Part shown: positions 25,927-39,885 of the stretch, in pieces
Position numbering within the stretch: position 1 is the stretch's first letter
How the letters are laid out: the number at the start of each line of letters is the position of its first letter
Assembly: GCA_951406725.2 (NCBI GenBank)
Contig: OX597824.1
Coordinates: 27,838,001-27,902,000 of the forward strand
DNA from: Octopus vulgaris
Taxonomy: Eukaryota
Direction of reading: 5' to 3'
Length of the DNA stretch: 64,000 nt
The notes under the pieces: generated by a model
Seen by the model: the letters and a program-made list of their open reading frames with translations, nothing else
The model's database searches: none
What the model was told of the DNA's origin: nothing
Position numbers and translations under genes: made by a program

Positions 25927-27480
25927 AAGGCGGCGAGCTGGCAGAAACGTTAGCACGCCGGGTGAAATGCATAGCCGTATTTCATCTGCCGTTACGTTCT
26001 GAGTTCAAATTCCGCCGAGGTCGACTTTGACTTTCATCCTTTCGGGGTCGATTAAGTACCAGTTACGCACTGGGGCCTATATAATCGACTTAATCCGTTT
26101 GTCGGTCCTTGTTTTTCCTCTCTCTGTTTAGCCCCTTGTGGGCAGTAAAGAAATACGTATTTCGTCTGCCGCTACGTTCTGAGTTCAAATTCTGCTGAGG
26201 TCGACTTTGCCTTTCATCCTTTCTGGGTCGATTAAGTACCAGTTACGTACTGGGCCCAATATAATCGACTTAATCCGTTTTTCTGTCCTTAATTATCCTC
26301 TCTGTGTTTAGCCCCTTGTGGGTAGTAAAGAAATAAGTATTTCGTCAGCCGCTACGTTCTGAGTTCAAATTCCGCCGAGGTCGACTTTGCCTTTCATCCT
26401 TTCGGAGTCGACAAATTAAGTACACGTTACGCACTGGGATCGATGTAATCGACTTAATCCGTTTGTCTGTCCTTGTTTTTCCCCTCTGTGTTTTGCCCCT
26501 TCTGGGCAGTAAAAAATAAGAAACTTTAGCACGCCGGGCGAAATGCTTAGCAGTATTTCGTCTGTCTTTATGCTCTCAGTTGAAACTCTACCGAGGTCTA
26601 CTTTGCCTTTCATCCTTTCGGGGGTCGATAATTTAAGTACCAGTTGCGTACTGCGGCCGATCTAATTGGCTGGCCCCTTCCCCACAAATTTCGGACCTTG
26701 TGCTTATAGTAGGAAAGAATCGTTAACACGCTAGGCAGGATGTTTAGTGGCATTTCATGTCTTTACGTTCTGAGTTCAAATTCCGCCTAGGTCAGCTTTG
26801 CCTTTCATCCGTTCTGTGTCGATTAAATAACATCACCTTATGCACTGAATTCGATGTAATCGACTTAACACCTCCTCTAAAACTTCAAGCCTTGTGCTTT
26901 TAGTAGAAGAGATTATTATTAAATTTTGATCTGGTTGTTGTCATATGTAGTGTGTATGGTTACTATTATTTTTATTTGTTTTTGTTGCTGTTGGGCTGAG
27001 CTGGTAGAATCGATAGCACGCGGGGCAAAATGTCTAGCGGCATTTCGTCGGTTTTTGCGTTCTGAGTTCAAATTTCCTTAAGGTCGACATTACCTTTCAT
27101 CCTTTCGGGGTCGATAAGTACCAGCTGATCTCTAGGGTCGCTGTAAACGACTCAAACCCTTTCCTCCGAAATTGTTGGCTGTGTGCCAGAATTTAAAACC
27201 GTTATTTGTATTATTGGTATTAAGGCCGTGAGCTCGTGTAATTCTGAGGACGCCAGTGAAAATGCTTAGCATCACTGCTTACGTCTTTATCAGCTGAGTT
27301 CAAATTCCGCCGATGTCGACTACATCATTTCGGGGTCGATAAATTAAGTACATTCTCAGTTCAATTCCATGGGAGGCCGATAAAATAAACTTATAATTTG
27401 TCGGCTTCATCATTTTGGGGATGATAAATCACGTACATTCTAAGTTCAGTTCCCCCAGGGGTTGAAAAAACAAACTTTCT
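25927..27480 (+). mobile_element. Tandem array of about 8-9 SINE family B units
   Basis: First three units repeat with about 180-bp period (TATTTC at about 25978, 26158, 26338); later units are progressively more diverged. Confidence 0.92.
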
Positions 27481-27619
27481 GACGTGTAATGCGATCAATC
27501 TCACTTGATCGATGTGAAATATGTGGCCTTGCAGCATATCATCATCGTTGTTGTCTCGTCGTCGTCGTCATCATTATCATCATTATTGTTGTTGTTGTTA
27601 TCATCATTATTATTATTAT

Positions 27620-28603
27620 TATGAAGGGTGGCTGTGGTGCAATGATCACTACAGAGTCGGCCAACAGACGGGTCATTCCTGCAAGTGACAGCAACTGTTT
27701 AACATAACCCCACAAGTCAGCAATGCCCGAACACTGAAAGATGGCGTTTCAGAACGATTTCTTCACTCTGTGCGCACCTCGGACAAGTCGCTCTGGCAGC
27801 ACATCCATAACTGTAGAGTTTATCTCGAACCGGTAGCACCCCCGGTAGCACTGCCAGGCAAAGGACACTGGAAATTTTCCATGATAGTTCCCGACCGGAA
27901 AATCATCCGGAAGAGAATAGATATTTCGCTCTCGTCGGCGCCCAGAGTCCCCCTGAGAACATCGTCCCTCTTACCCGCCACTAATCCTCTATCAATTTCT
28001 AAAGTGGAACATCCACCGATCCTATTGCCCGACTGATAAAGGTTTGTGAGCGCCTGACAGCCTAATGCAACAAGGCAGGCAAGGCAGTTTTCCTTCGCCT
28101 AGTGGCTGTGGCGAAAGAGGTTGTTTGGTGGACAAGGCTAAAAAGCATGTGGGACAGATACTTTCCCTCTTTTGTTGAGCTCTTCCTTGAAAAGGAATTT
28201 GAGGGTGGAGAGGGAAGTGCTGTCCTCAAGTGAGTTTATTGAAAGGTGGGAGAGTCTCGAAAAGGGCAAGAGTTGGATGGTATCTCTCTAAGTGTTGACC
28301 TGTGAGTCGGAGAGAAGGAATTGGAGAGGGTACTTGCTTCTGGGGTTTCAGGGAAATCTAGGACAGTAGGGTTCCTCGATTACCCCTAGAGGCGTTTCTG
28401 TATCAGGAGGGACACATCTCTATCATCCTCCCCCGCCTATTTATTTTTTACCTTTGTATGCTATGCGTATGTCCTTTCTTTTCCAGTGTATACCGTGTAT
28501 ACATTTTCTTTATCATTTCATTATTATAGGTAAACCCCCACCCTTCGTGTCTATCTCTGTATTATACCCCTCATCCTTCGCCCTTGTGGCAAATAAATGA
28601 AAT
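27620..28603 (+). mobile_element. L1/Tx1-type LINE remnant (ORF2 C-terminus and 3' UTR)
   Basis: GC-richer island; peptides KAVFLRLVAVAKEVVWWTRLK and LKRNLRVEREVLSSSEFIERW resemble Tx1-like ORF2 C-termini; ends CCCTTGTGGCAAATAAATGAAAT. The 5' boundary is uncertain. Confidence 0.6.
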
Positions 28604-28785
28604 CTTTATGATTACTATGGAGGCGCCAAGCTGGCAGAATCGTTAGCACTCCGGGCGAAATGGTTTTCGTCCGTCTTTACGTTCTAAGTGCATATAGTGT
28701 AAAGGACTATTATTATTTCTATTATTATTGTTATTAAGGCAGCGAGCTAGCAGAATCGTTAGTACGCTGGACAAAATACTTATAA

Positions 28786-28897
<112 letters not shown>

Positions 28898-28900
28898 GTG

Positions 28901-29117
28901 GAGGCGCAATGGACCAGTGGTTAGGGTAGCGGACTAATGGCCGGAGGATCGCGGTTTCGATTCCTAGACCGAGCGTTGTGTGTGTTTATTGAGCGAAAAC
29001 ACCTAGAAGCTCCACGAGTTTCCGGCAGAGGGTGGTGGCGAACCCTTTTGTCCTCTTTCTCCACAACTTTCTCTCACTCTCTCTTCCTGTTTCTTGAGTA
29101 ACGCTGCGATGGACTGG
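28901..29117 (+). mobile_element. tRNA-derived SINE, family D
   Basis: tRNA-like head GGCGCAATGGACCAGTGGTTAGGG...GGTTTCGATTCC; body shares CACAACTTTCTCTCACTCT with the copy at 57400-57640. Confidence 0.8.
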
Positions 29118-29295
29118 AAAACTGCCTGCAACAATTTAGATGCGATTGGAAAATCCAAAAAGCTCGACAAATGTGTACCACACGATTTGAATGAAAATTG
29201 TAATGGTACTTTATTTGATGAATAAAATCTCCGCATTGATTAAATACATTATGATGAATTTCATGTTTCAAAACGTTGCTTACATTTTACCCAGC

Positions 29296-29347
<52 letters not shown>

Positions 29348-30414
29348 CTTGCTGCACTAGTTCATTTAGCTGTTGAAATGTGAAACCACATCACTAGTCC
29401 CATACTGTATCGCTTTTGTCTCTACATTAAACCATATCTTTGACAATAAGAGGGGAGACTGATATGCATGGGTGACTGCTGGACTTACCACAATATTGAC
29501 GGCCCTAAATCCGAGCTCTCTTAAAAGAAGGTTACGGTGAGTTTGGTGGTGTACTGCTCGACTCATCCACTATAACTTCTTAAAACCCGGAAAAACCAAA
29601 CATCTTATGTGCAATCCCATGGCCATTCTTGACCGAAAGGGGTTTTTAAGGTCTTATGTATAAAGATATACATAGGGCAGCTTAGCAAACAGGGAAACAA
29701 AGCTCAAAACCTGTGTGTATATATTTATATATATACATATATATTTTTCTATACATCAGCAGTTTCGTTGACTGACACTCATACTACATATGTTTATGTG
29801 TGTGTGTGTGTGTAGACAGAGAAATACGTGTGTCATTTCCGTTTGTATATGTGTATATGATTAATATGTATCTCACATTTCTGATGCGAACATGCTTGCG
29901 TGTGAGTGTATATATATGTGAACTTTATGCGTGTGTGCATGTATATTAGTGTCTGTGTATACGACGCTCTTTCTCTCTATGCAAAGTTAAGTGTGTTCTT
30001 GTATGTCTGAGATATATCGGCAATTAGATTTTACGAAGTAATGAACGCATTTTAACTAAACATACACAAGCTTCCGGTTTTTATTCGCCTATAATATCAC
30101 GTGAACTGCTAAGTACTTTTCATTTTCTAAATCTAAGTAGCTCAACATTGTTTCAATACCGGTTTTAATTGTTTGCCTTTTGTATACAGCGGTTTTCTAA
30201 CATACGCACTGACTTGATTTAGCTTTTAACAAATAATTTAATGGTGTATATTGTGTAGCATTTGCAAGAAGTTTTCAGCTTAATGTCCAGTATCTTTCCT
30301 TCTTTAACTTACATTTAAATAGCTTAAATGAAGCTTAAATCAGACTTAGCGTATAATAAAATATAAACGCATTCTGTCATCTACTCTGAACACCTCTTTA
30401 TATATTCTTTTACG

Positions 30415-30803
30415 CTTTTACTTGTTTCAGTCATTTGACTGCGGCCATGCTGGAGCACCTCCTTTAGTCGAGTAGATCGACAGCAGGAGTTACTCTTTGT
30501 AATCCTAGTACTTATTCTTACGGTCTCTTTTGCCGAACCGCTAACTTAAGGGGACGTAAACACACCACCATCGTTTGTCAAGCTATGTTGGGGGACAAAC
30601 ACAGACACACAAACACATACACAAACACACATATACATATATACGACGGGCTTCTTTAAGTTTCCGTCTACCAAATCTACTCCCAAGGCTTTGGTCGGCC
30701 CGAGGCTATAGTAGAAGACACTTGCCCAAGGTGCCACGCAGTGGGACTGAACCCGGAACCATGTTGTTGGTAAGCAAGCTACTTACCACAGAACCACTCC
30801 TAC
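30415..30803 (-). mobile_element. tRNA-derived SINE, family A
   Basis: Near full-length reverse complement of the 59708-60150 copy. Confidence 0.92.
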
Positions 30804-30929
30804 TGTATATCGATATCTCTATATATATATATATATATATATATACATTTGCATATGTATACACACGCACACACACACACATAACACACACACACACACA
30901 CGCACATACACACACACATATATATATAT

Positions 30930-31148
30930 AGTTAATCCAAACATGAAAACACAAAGAGAAAACACAACAACGCGAGGACATGGAACAAGTATAGCATTAT
31001 TGGACGATCAGGAAGGAAGGGAAGAAGTAGGGTTTTACGTTTCGAGCGGAGCTCTTCGTCAGAAACATAGGAAAAGGAAAGATCCAAAGAAGGGGAGACG
31101 GAGGAAAAAACAAATCAACAACAGTACACACGCGGTCACATTTTGAAT
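30930..31148 (-). mobile_element. About 220-bp non-coding element carrying a minimal hammerhead motif, flanked by TA runs
   Basis: Reverse complement is homologous end to end to 63720-63935. Confidence 0.78.
31032..31066 (-). ncRNA. Putative minimal type I hammerhead ribozyme
   Basis: Minus strand GTTT CTGACGA A GAGC TCC GCTC GAAAC GTA AAAC: CUGANGA and GAAA cores, 4-bp stem II, palindromic ACGT in place of stem III, GUA cleavage triplet, and GTTT/AAAC stem I. Confidence 0.72.
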
Positions 31149-31581
31149 GGATATATAAATATAAAGTCGTATCATTGAATTTTCTATTCGCCCATGTAAA
31201 TCGTGCTCTCTCTTTGTGGCATCGCAGTTAGGCTTGATGCAGTTCTTCGTACAGTAGTTGTCGACGTAATTGATGCTGGCTTTGTTAGTGCTGTCATCGA
31301 CGTTATTGTCGTGGCTGTCATCGATATTCCTGATGTCGTGGCTGATGTTGCTGTTTTGCTATAAGTAACATAGAGAATGAACATATAGCCTAATGGCTAA
31401 TCTACTTCTATATCCAATATGTCTGCTTGAAATACATCTCTTTTAGTTCGTTAAGATTGTTTTTCGTTTTTTCCTATTTTGGTGTAAATTCGTGTATGTT
31501 GTTTATATAGATGTTTGTTTGTTTCTCCCATTGTCTGTATTTTCAATCATCCTTAGATTATGTGTATATATATATATATAC

Positions 31582-31645
<64 letters not shown>

Positions 31646-31998
31646 TAATATATACACATACACACACATATAAATACATATATATATACATAAGTGTACA
31701 TATGTTTATACATATATATGGATATATATGGATATAAATATGGATATATTTATATATATATGTGTGTGTGTTTGTGTGTGTATGTGTGTGTGCGTGTGTA
31801 AATATAAAATTCTGAGTTTGCTTATATATAAATATAAGACACACATACATTATATATACATACACACAAACATATATATATGTGTTTGAATATATATGTA
31901 TATATATATGTACATATATGTACATGCATATATACAATAAAGTATTTCTGTGTATATATGTATATGTATGTATATATATGTATATATATATATACATG

Positions 31999-32038
<40 letters not shown>

Positions 32039-33437
32039 GATATGTATGTGCATCTATATATATGTATATATATATATATTTATAAATATATATATACATA
32101 TATATATATATATGTGTGTGTGTGTATGTATGTGTATGTGTGTGTGTATGTATGTATGTATGTATGTTTACACATACATATGTTTACACATTTTGATTTC
32201 TTATCTGTTTTGTAAACGAAGTCTTAATCTTTCTTTCCTAATCCCATTTCCATTGTGAAGTTCTCATTCTATCTTCTCTGTTCATTGGCTTCGTTTCGTA
32301 ACAATGTCAAGACGCTTGACAACTGTTCAATGAAAATCATATATCCTTCGCTAATCTTTATACGCCTGATATTAGCGGCAACCAAATAGGATCGAAAAAC
32401 AGGAAAACAAAAAAAACAAAAAAAAAAAAAAAGGAAATGATGTACTCATTTTCTTCTCTGTCGTCTTTCTTTTTTATGGCTGTTGTTATATATTTTTATG
32501 TTATATTTTTTTTTCCTCTGCTGTGTTTTTTTTTTTTTTATATTATTAAGATCTGAGTCATTTCCCAGGAAATCATGTTGTCTTAACAATTTCCTAGAAA
32601 AGCACTTTACTTGATTTTTTTCTTGTTTTACTGTTTGTTTATTTTTTTTTTTATTTTCTGGTTAAAAAATTTCAAGAAAAAATATCATTAATTGATGTTG
32701 CTGTCTTTGTTGATACTAATTTCGTTCTTGCTTTGTTTTGTTTGGTTTTGTATGCTTGTCTTCCAGGGTTTGGCGAATATCTAATTAATCAAAGTTAATT
32801 ATCGTGATCCGAAGAGTAATTTAACAACACGCAAAAACTACGTGACATTTACAGTACCTGTTACATTGTTAAGAAGGGCTTCTGCTTAAAAGGAAAACCC
32901 TGAAAACACCTGATGTGAGAAGGTTTCAAACAGTGTAATGACACAGGGGATAGCTAGAGAGAAAGAAAATTACAGAGAAGATAGAAAGATAGAGCGAGAA
33001 AGAGGGAGGGAGAGACAGAGGAAAGAAAGGAGGGAGTAGGAGAGGGAAAACAGTATGAGATACAAGGTGTATGAAGTTAGTATAATTGCTAGAATATATA
33101 TTTGCTTGACCCCTATAGAAACATGACCAAACAATGAATAACACGTGTGTGAGTGTGTATGCCTTTGTGCGTGTATGTGTATGTATGTGTGTGTAAGGGT
33201 GGAAATGTGAGGGAGTATTACTTTATTCTGAGGTGCGACTGTGATTTTACTATAATCAAGTTTTATATTATATTCACCGCCTTTCTTGTACAGAGCATAG
33301 AAATTTTTTAAATTTCTCTCTCGCTTTACTGGATGTCTCTACTCATATACATCGCATCCCAACATACTACGTGTATATGTATATATGTGCGTGTGTCTGT
33401 ATGTTTGTTTGTGTACACACACACACACACACACACA

Positions 33438-33700
33438 TCATCATCATCATCATCATTGTTCGACCGTGGTCGAGACAATGGAATTTACTATGTTACGCCA
33501 GACTTCACGGTCCATCATAGCATTACGGAGGTCCTGTTGCTGGATGCCTGTATCCCTGGAGATTACATCAGGGTAGGAGAGTGTGCGCCCTCTGGTATTG
33601 CGAGTAGATGGCTTCCAGAGGAGAAGAGTAGAAATTACTTCTTTTTCAGCTCTACAACAATGTCCAGCAAACTGGACTCTCCTACCTTTCACAAGAGATG
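33438..33700 (-). mobile_element. 5'-truncated RTE-type LINE 3' end with (TGA)n tail, inside a (CA)n tract
   Basis: Uninterrupted frame VKGRRVQFAGHCCRAEKEVISTLLLWKP...RGRTLSYPDVISRDTG...LRNAMMDREVWR matches RTE C-termini; stop runs directly into (TGA)n. Confidence 0.88.
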
Positions 33701-33747
<47 letters not shown>

Positions 33748-33870
33748 AATGCGTGTGTGTGTGTACGTGCCTGATTAAAAGGGATATCTAATCCTGATGG
33801 TTAACGTGTTTCCTTTTGAATGAGTTTCCTATGCAACTAACCAAAACTGTCCTTTAGTGATACCGTGCAT

Positions 33871-34375
<505 letters not shown>

Positions 34376-34739
34376 AGGAATAAAAGCATCACGAAAATTA
34401 ACATACTGATAGCAGACTTGGAATAATGAACAATGTGTTCCCTCTATACGAACCCTATGAAACGAAGAAACATATACAGAACTTCATGCACCACATGCAG
34501 TTCTCTGAAAATTATCAGAAAGATAGGTTTCGAGTATATAGGGGAGCTAGAAAGAAATTAGATAACATTATACAATGAATAACTACTCCAAATGGTAGCA
34601 TTTTACATTGCAATACTAGCATTGCGATACTATACAATATTTGACTGGCAACCTTTTACAATGTTATATTTGCATTGATAGTCATATATATATGTGTGTG
34701 TGTGAGTGCAACTGTAAAGGTCTCCAGTATTCAGCTCAA

Positions 34740-34860
34740 CCATAGTGATGGTAGCCGATGGCTTAGTCAACGACTTAAGAGAGACAAAGAAGGATACTCC
34801 CATCAAAGCGTGTGGGACAAGTTTCACATGTAGAGGATCTGCCCAAGGGAAGACCACCGC
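34740..34860 (+). mobile_element. Possible decayed RTE LINE C-terminal fragment
   Basis: Frameshifted RWLSQRLKRDKEG and KRVGQVSHVEDLPKGRP resemble RLRWxGHVxRR and VEGxRPRGRP motifs; weak. Confidence 0.35.
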
Positions 34861-35215
34861 TGCAATAGATATAGGATATAATATACTATACCATCTATAT
34901 ATCTGTAATGTAAGGACAGGACGATTCAATAAAACTCTGGAAAATATCTATGATTCCTTTAGTCACAACAAGAGATTGAACGTGTGATCGAACGTACAGT
35001 TTCAGAAAATAAGCTAAAAAATATATATGCATATTACATAGTAAGTAGATTTACGAACGACGGAATATTATTGAGCAAAAGATACATAAGAGAATAAATA
35101 TAAATGATACATAAAAGTAAAATATCGGCATTAGTGAAGTACACCTCAGTACATACAAACAACTTCTGAAAATGGCGTCTTGGAAGACACTTGTAATCAT
35201 AGACGACTAGACAAG

Positions 35216-35249
<34 letters not shown>

Positions 35250-35311
35250 GTATATATGTATATATATACATATATATATTGATAGATAGGTATATGATAT
35301 ATATATATATA

Positions 35312-35373
<62 letters not shown>

Positions 35374-35443
35374 TATATACATATATATAAAAAAAAAAAA
35401 AATATATATATAATATGATAGATAGATATACGATATATATATA

Positions 35444-35487
<44 letters not shown>

Positions 35488-36830
35488 CATATATATATAT
35501 ATAATATTAATATATATATATATATATATTCACACACACATACATGTAAAATTCACACACATCTATACATATCTATCGCTCTTCTGTGTACGTATATATG
35601 CCTCGCTATCTTTTTCTCCCTCTCCCCCTCTTACCTTCTGTCTACCTATATCTATCTCAATCTATCTATCTATCTATCCACCTACCAATCAATCTATACC
35701 TGTGTGTGTGTGTACATACATGCGTGGATGCATAAGTGTGTGAGCATTTTTGAATGGTTACACATTAAACTTTTCTTTTGATGTATATATCTCCATTACC
35801 ACATCAATGTTTTTGTTTAACCAAATTCATCCCCCGTTTTCGGAGGACATTTGTGTATCAACAAAGTCACTGTCAATATATATGGTTTTATTTAAGAAAC
35901 GAGCGTCTGATTTCTATGAATCGTGGCTCTTACTTTTAGCAGATCTAACAATGACAAACTGAATCTATCTTCGTACCTACTTTTAATGATAGCCACAGAC
36001 ATTTCGACGTTGATAGAAAACGAACGATGCATCATCATAACGCTAGTGTAATGATTGAACTTAATAACAGAAAGCTGGTCAACGTTGTACTTAAATATGA
36101 ATATCGGCGATGTTTTATGTCCTGTAGAATTAATGAAATATGAGAGATAATTTCTCGAAAGAAATGTTTTTGAATACTAAACATGGGTCAATTATAAGCA
36201 GCACTTTGTTACTTTAATGAATTTCGAAGATCACCAGACCAATATACGTAGAAATTGTGTATAAATAACCAATTTAATATAGGCGCAATAACAAAGAACA
36301 GAACACACAGCTTAATAATACTACTTCTGTTGATTCGATTCTATTCACACTCACACTTTAGCGAAACCCATCAAAACCATCCGTCTTTGTCTTCAACGAA
36401 GATATTTCTTAATGACATTTATGGACCAACTCCAAATCGTCTGAATCATCTCCGTAATCCTCTCATACACAGCCCGTTCTGGTCTGTCGATTTCACTAAA
36501 GATTTTCTACTTATTTCCAATAGTTGATTTTCGTTTCTCTTCCTAGTCCCATATAAAGCAATCAATAACAGCAAATATGATTGCTTTGAAAGGGAAAAGA
36601 TAGAGAGAATGGCAAAGAAACACAAATAAGCTTATCTTCTATTCAATACTTATTATGGAAAAGGTATTTAATTTGAGGTTTCTTTCTTCTTCGTTTAATT
36701 TTCTTCGCTGATCCTTTTTAACGAGATTCTTTTCGTCTTAAACATGTCTGCCTTGACGTGTAGCTAAATATTTGCCCCCTCTTAAAGTGTCGTTTGGATT
36801 TAGGTCATTTTAATAAAATTCTGATCTATA

Positions 36831-37205
36831 GGCGTGGGTGTGTGTTAATAAAATTGCTCCCCAAACACACGGTTCCAGTCTCAGTCCCACTGCGTGGCAT
36901 CCTTGAACAAATGTCTTCTACTATAGCATAAGGCCGACAAAATGCTGTGAATGGATTTCGTCGAGGGAAACTAAAAGAATCCTGCCGTATATATGTATAA
37001 ATATAAGTGAATATGTGTGTGTATGTAAGTGTGTCTCTTTGTGTCTGTGTTTGTTCCTCACTACCTCTTGACAACCGGTGATGGTGTATTTACATCGACG
37101 TAATCTAACGGTTCAGCACATGAGACCTGTAGAATAAATGTCAGGCCTTAAAAAAGCACTGGAGGCCGATTTGTTTGACGAAAACTTCTTCAAGATGGTT
37201 GAGCA
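36831..37205 (+). mobile_element. SINE family A (diverged)
   Basis: CAGTCCCACTGCGTGGCATCCTTGAACAAATGTCTTCTACTATAGC and CTTGACAACCG match family A. Confidence 0.82.
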
Positions 37206-37351
37206 TGAATGGGCTAGGTTTCTATAAGAATCCTGTGGGATCCGAATAAAATAATCTTAAATAATAATATGTCCTGCTTTGTTATTTTCTTTTGTTTGTC
37301 CACTCATTCTTATAAATAAATACATACATACATACATAGTACATACATACA

Positions 37352-37389
<38 letters not shown>

Positions 37390-38949
37390 ATGTGTGTGTA
37401 TGTGTAGATGTATGTATTTATACACATGCACTTTCACGCTCTTCCAGTTGTAAGTTTAATCGTACTATTCTCAAAAATGCACCATTCTTGCAATATTATA
37501 TAAGAAAACAGAAAATAAAAGATGTCTGTATTCGTCTCTATTCACAAGTGTTATGGTTATTGTGAATCCATGGACCTATCGATCTTATACAATCGGAGCA
37601 TTACTCTAAAATATCGAATATAGTACTACAGTGATACATAATATAAGAAATTTGATTTCTTTAAAGGAAAATACAGGGCAGGATGCAGGGACATGATTTT
37701 TAATCGTATAAAATGAAATAAAATATGCTATGAGATTTCAATCTGACTGTAAGTAAAATAACCAAGATGGCTATAGCAGGAAATATTGAACGAGACAAGG
37801 TAGCAGTGAAAATGTATAAAGGATACCACACACAAATCTGTGAGTAAAATATTTTGATAGGTGCTAAAATGTAACACTTTCTCACAAGAGACGTCTGAAA
37901 TAGAAAATAAAGAGTGAATAGCATTTAAGAACAGAATATATGGATATCCAGGTTGTTGCAATCAGGTACATGGCTTCTGGTTACTCCGTCTTAGGTAAAG
38001 CCGAGAGGATAGATATGCAAATATAGCAGAGTTAAAAGGCTAAAGAGGCTGTACAGAGTTTATTCAAAAGATAAATTAAGGAAAGGGACGGTGGAAATAC
38101 CTGTCATAAAACATGAGTGAATGACAAAAAAAAATGTCGATAATCTATGCCATGTTGATGTATTCAGATAGAGAGATAAAGTGATCGCATGTGAATACGG
38201 TAATATATCTTAAGAAAGACGTAGAAATTGCGGTAACCGAAATAATATTAAATAGTTGAACCTATGAATGCCCCATAGAATTAATGGTAAACGTATTGGG
38301 CTATTTCTGAAATCTTTATCAGAAAATCCCGAAAGCGTAATCTATATTGTGTCTGTATCAAAAGATAGTCGCTCATCTGCTAATCATTGAAAAGTGAAGA
38401 AAATTAGAATACGACGATTACTCAATGCACTTTATATACTTTATGCACAATTTGATTGACTTAATACACAGCACTCTCCCTCTTTCACTCTCACATCACT
38501 ATTGGTCTTACCCCCTTTTTTTCCCGCATTTTTCTTTCGCTCTCCGCCTTTCCCTCAACTAATCACGTGAAAACGTTACAAACGGGCTAGGCAACAGAGG
38601 AAAGAAACTTAGCTTAAGAAAATTACATTTTTCACTGACCACCACCTCTCCCTGCCCTCCCACCCTTCCTATTTTTCAGCTCCCTCCCATTCATTCCCTC
38701 CCGCCCATTCTCCCCTCCCCTTTAACTAATCAAACGGAAACCTTACAGACGGGCTAAGTAACGGAGTGACCAACAGAATTATCATAATGGTTTCGTGGTA
38801 GCGATAAATAAGTGGTGCATGCAAAAAAATAAAGCTGGACATGAAATAGCATTAATAGGGTTTGAACACATATATGGCCTCGAATATCTGCTATGTTCTA
38901 AATACACCTGGCCCTCAGACAGTTAGGACGATGTGTGTTGTAGGTGGTC

Positions 38950-39196
38950 CGGTGAATGGACTGCCTGTTCGTGAAATTAACGTGCACATGACTGAGCACT
39001 CCGCAGACACATGACAGAGAATGTAACAATCCCGGCCCTTTGAAAAATACAGATACTGCACATTTTTGCCAGGTGTGTGAACTAGAAATTGACGAAAGAA
39101 AGCGTCTTACTCAAGGATACAACGCGCCGCCGAGAATTGATATCACAACATTGCGATCGATGAGTCAAATGTTCTAACCACTGAGCCACGAGCTTC
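38950..39196 (-). mobile_element. SINE family C
   Basis: Minus strand begins GGAAGCTCGTGGCTCAGTGGTTAGAAC; homologous to 61820-62095. Confidence 0.75.
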
Positions 39197-39605
39197 CAAA
39201 CGCGCGCGCATACACACACACACACGCACAGATGTACACACACGCACACAAAACTTTATTTAATGCTAGACATACCAATGAAATGAAGATAGCATTAATT
39301 TTGTCATTAGGAATATATCCCAAATGAAAGATATGCGGTCTCCTCACACAGTCTTCTCCAACCCATACAAGTGTGGGATATATTTTACCGAGCTGCCTGC
39401 GCTCATGTCATTCCGATTCATGTGCACACGATCGGACACAATGATTTCCTGTTGTCTCCCAAGCTGTGACTATCCTCACCCTGGAACACTCTTCGTTCAT
39501 TTGTTCGTATGAAACTGACCCCCTAAAATGATCTCTTTAAGCATCTTTATGTAACCGCCAGGTTGTAACAATGCAATAATGCGCCAATCACAATGTTCCA
39601 TTATA

Positions 39606-39619
<14 letters not shown>

Positions 39620-39641
<22 letters not shown>

Positions 39642-39885
39642 TTGTGTGTGTGTGTATGTGTGTGTGTGTGAGTTTGTGTGTCTGTGTTTGTCCCCCCGCC
39701 CAACATCGCTTGACAACCGATGCTGGTGTATTTACGTCCTCGTAACTTAGCGGTCCGGCAAAAGAGTAGCCGATAGAACAAGTACTAGGCTTACAAAGAA
39801 CAAGTCCTGGGGTCGATTTGCTCGACTAAAGGCAGTGCTCCAGCATGGCCGCAGTCAAATGACTGAAACAAGTAAAAGAGTATAG
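39620..39885 (+). mobile_element. SINE family A, 3' half
   Basis: Begins at the internal microsatellite and runs to GACTGAAACAAGTAAAAGAG. Confidence 0.88.

Noticed and set aside
25927-27480. Regularly spaced repeats superficially like a CRISPR array
   Set aside because: Whole 180-bp units are repeated with no unique spacers, they match a dispersed SINE, and no cas genes are present.
28901-28975. tRNA-like sequence (also SINE heads at 24241, 59708 and others)
   Set aside because: No clean cloverleaf; each continues into a SINE body, so these are tRNA-derived SINE heads rather than tRNA genes.
31184-31384. Thr/Ser-rich mucin-like ORF
   Set aside because: Degenerate trinucleotide (GTT/GCT/GAT) low-complexity tract with no supporting splice or homology evidence.
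39324-39600. Possible mariner C-terminal remnant or exon
   Set aside because: Resemblance is too weak to call without a profile search.
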